A stretch of DNA of 64,000 nucleotides. Origin: an uncultured Bacilli bacterium (GTDB taxonomy: Bacteria > Bacillota_I > Bacilli_A > RF39 > UBA660). The stretch lies in contig CANPZG010000002.1 in assembly GCA_947588765.1 (NCBI GenBank), positions 9,794-73,793 on the forward strand. The letters are read 5' to 3'. The notes beneath the pieces are model-generated. The model was not told where the DNA came from, did not search any database, and was given only the letters and a program-made list of their open reading frames with translations. The translations under genes and the position numbers were made by a program. Of this stretch, positions 63,864-64,000 are shown one piece after another; position 1 is the stretch's first letter, and every line of letters begins with the position of its first letter.

Positions 63864-64000
63864 ATGATAAATGTAATAGAAGATAAAAGAAATGAATTTA
63901 AGGCTAAATTAACTGACGATTTAGAAAAAGAAGTTATTTCATTTTTAAATACTGATGGAGGAAATTTATTTATTGGAATTGATGATAAAGGAAATATCTC
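63864..64000 (+). CDS. AlbA_2 (Schlafen-like) domain putative DNA-binding protein, 3'-truncated by window edge
   Basis: MINVIEDKRNEFKAKLTDDLEKEVISFLNTDGGNLFIGIDDKGNI matches the E.K...L.K.I.AF.N..GG.L.IG(I/V)DD.G pattern. RBS AGAGGGTG. Confidence 0.6.
   Translation, partial: MINVIEDKRNEFKAKLTDDLEKEVISFLNTDGGNLFIGIDDKGNI

Overview
This is a 64-kb window from a very AT-rich (about 28-30% GC by eye, not computed) low-GC Gram-positive (Bacillota) chromosome. Gene content suggests a spore-forming Erysipelotrichia- or Clostridia-like lineage; that placement is inference.

Backbone: housekeeping genes with clear Bacillus yqe/yqf-type synteny.
- rpsT - spoIIP - lepA - hemW.
- NfeD/SPFH - yqfC - yqfD - ybeY - dgkA - era - yqzL - recO ... 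nfo - yqfT-like.
- A scattered dcw set: class B PBP, mraY, ftsW, murG, murB, divIB, and a second PBP.
- nusB, xseA/xseB, archaeal-type proS, polA, mutM, queH, rpmG, efp, rpsU.

Accessory or unusual content, in window order:
1. Two paralogous large surface proteins with SipW-class signal peptides. One is followed by an IS4-like element; the other has a (TA)8 tract in its promoter spacer.
2. A group IIC-type intron sitting directly behind a terminator.
3. A tightly coupled four-gene operon (7239-12599). It encodes a membrane-anchored McrB-like AAA+ protein, a DUF2357/McrC-N-like protein with no visible nuclease, and a membrane protein with thrombospondin-type-3-like Ca-binding repeats. I consider this the best candidate for an undescribed system.
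4. Two paralogous unknown genes flanking a solitary phage-type holin.
5. A type III toxin-antitoxin locus between polA and mutM: 3 x 35/36-nt toxI-like repeats, a terminator and a ToxN/AbiQ gene. Two orphan 'single repeat + homologous hairpin' modules sit upstream of mutM and nfo.
6. Two Rpn-family PD-(D/E)XK genes.
7. A pair of surface-protein genes with near-identical promoter/signal-peptide and anchor/terminator cassettes. Each promoter has a T17 tract in its spacer (a Mycoplasma vlp-like architecture), and an XRE regulator lies between them.

No rRNA, tRNA or CRISPR array was seen. All domain calls come from motif recognition by eye, not from searches.
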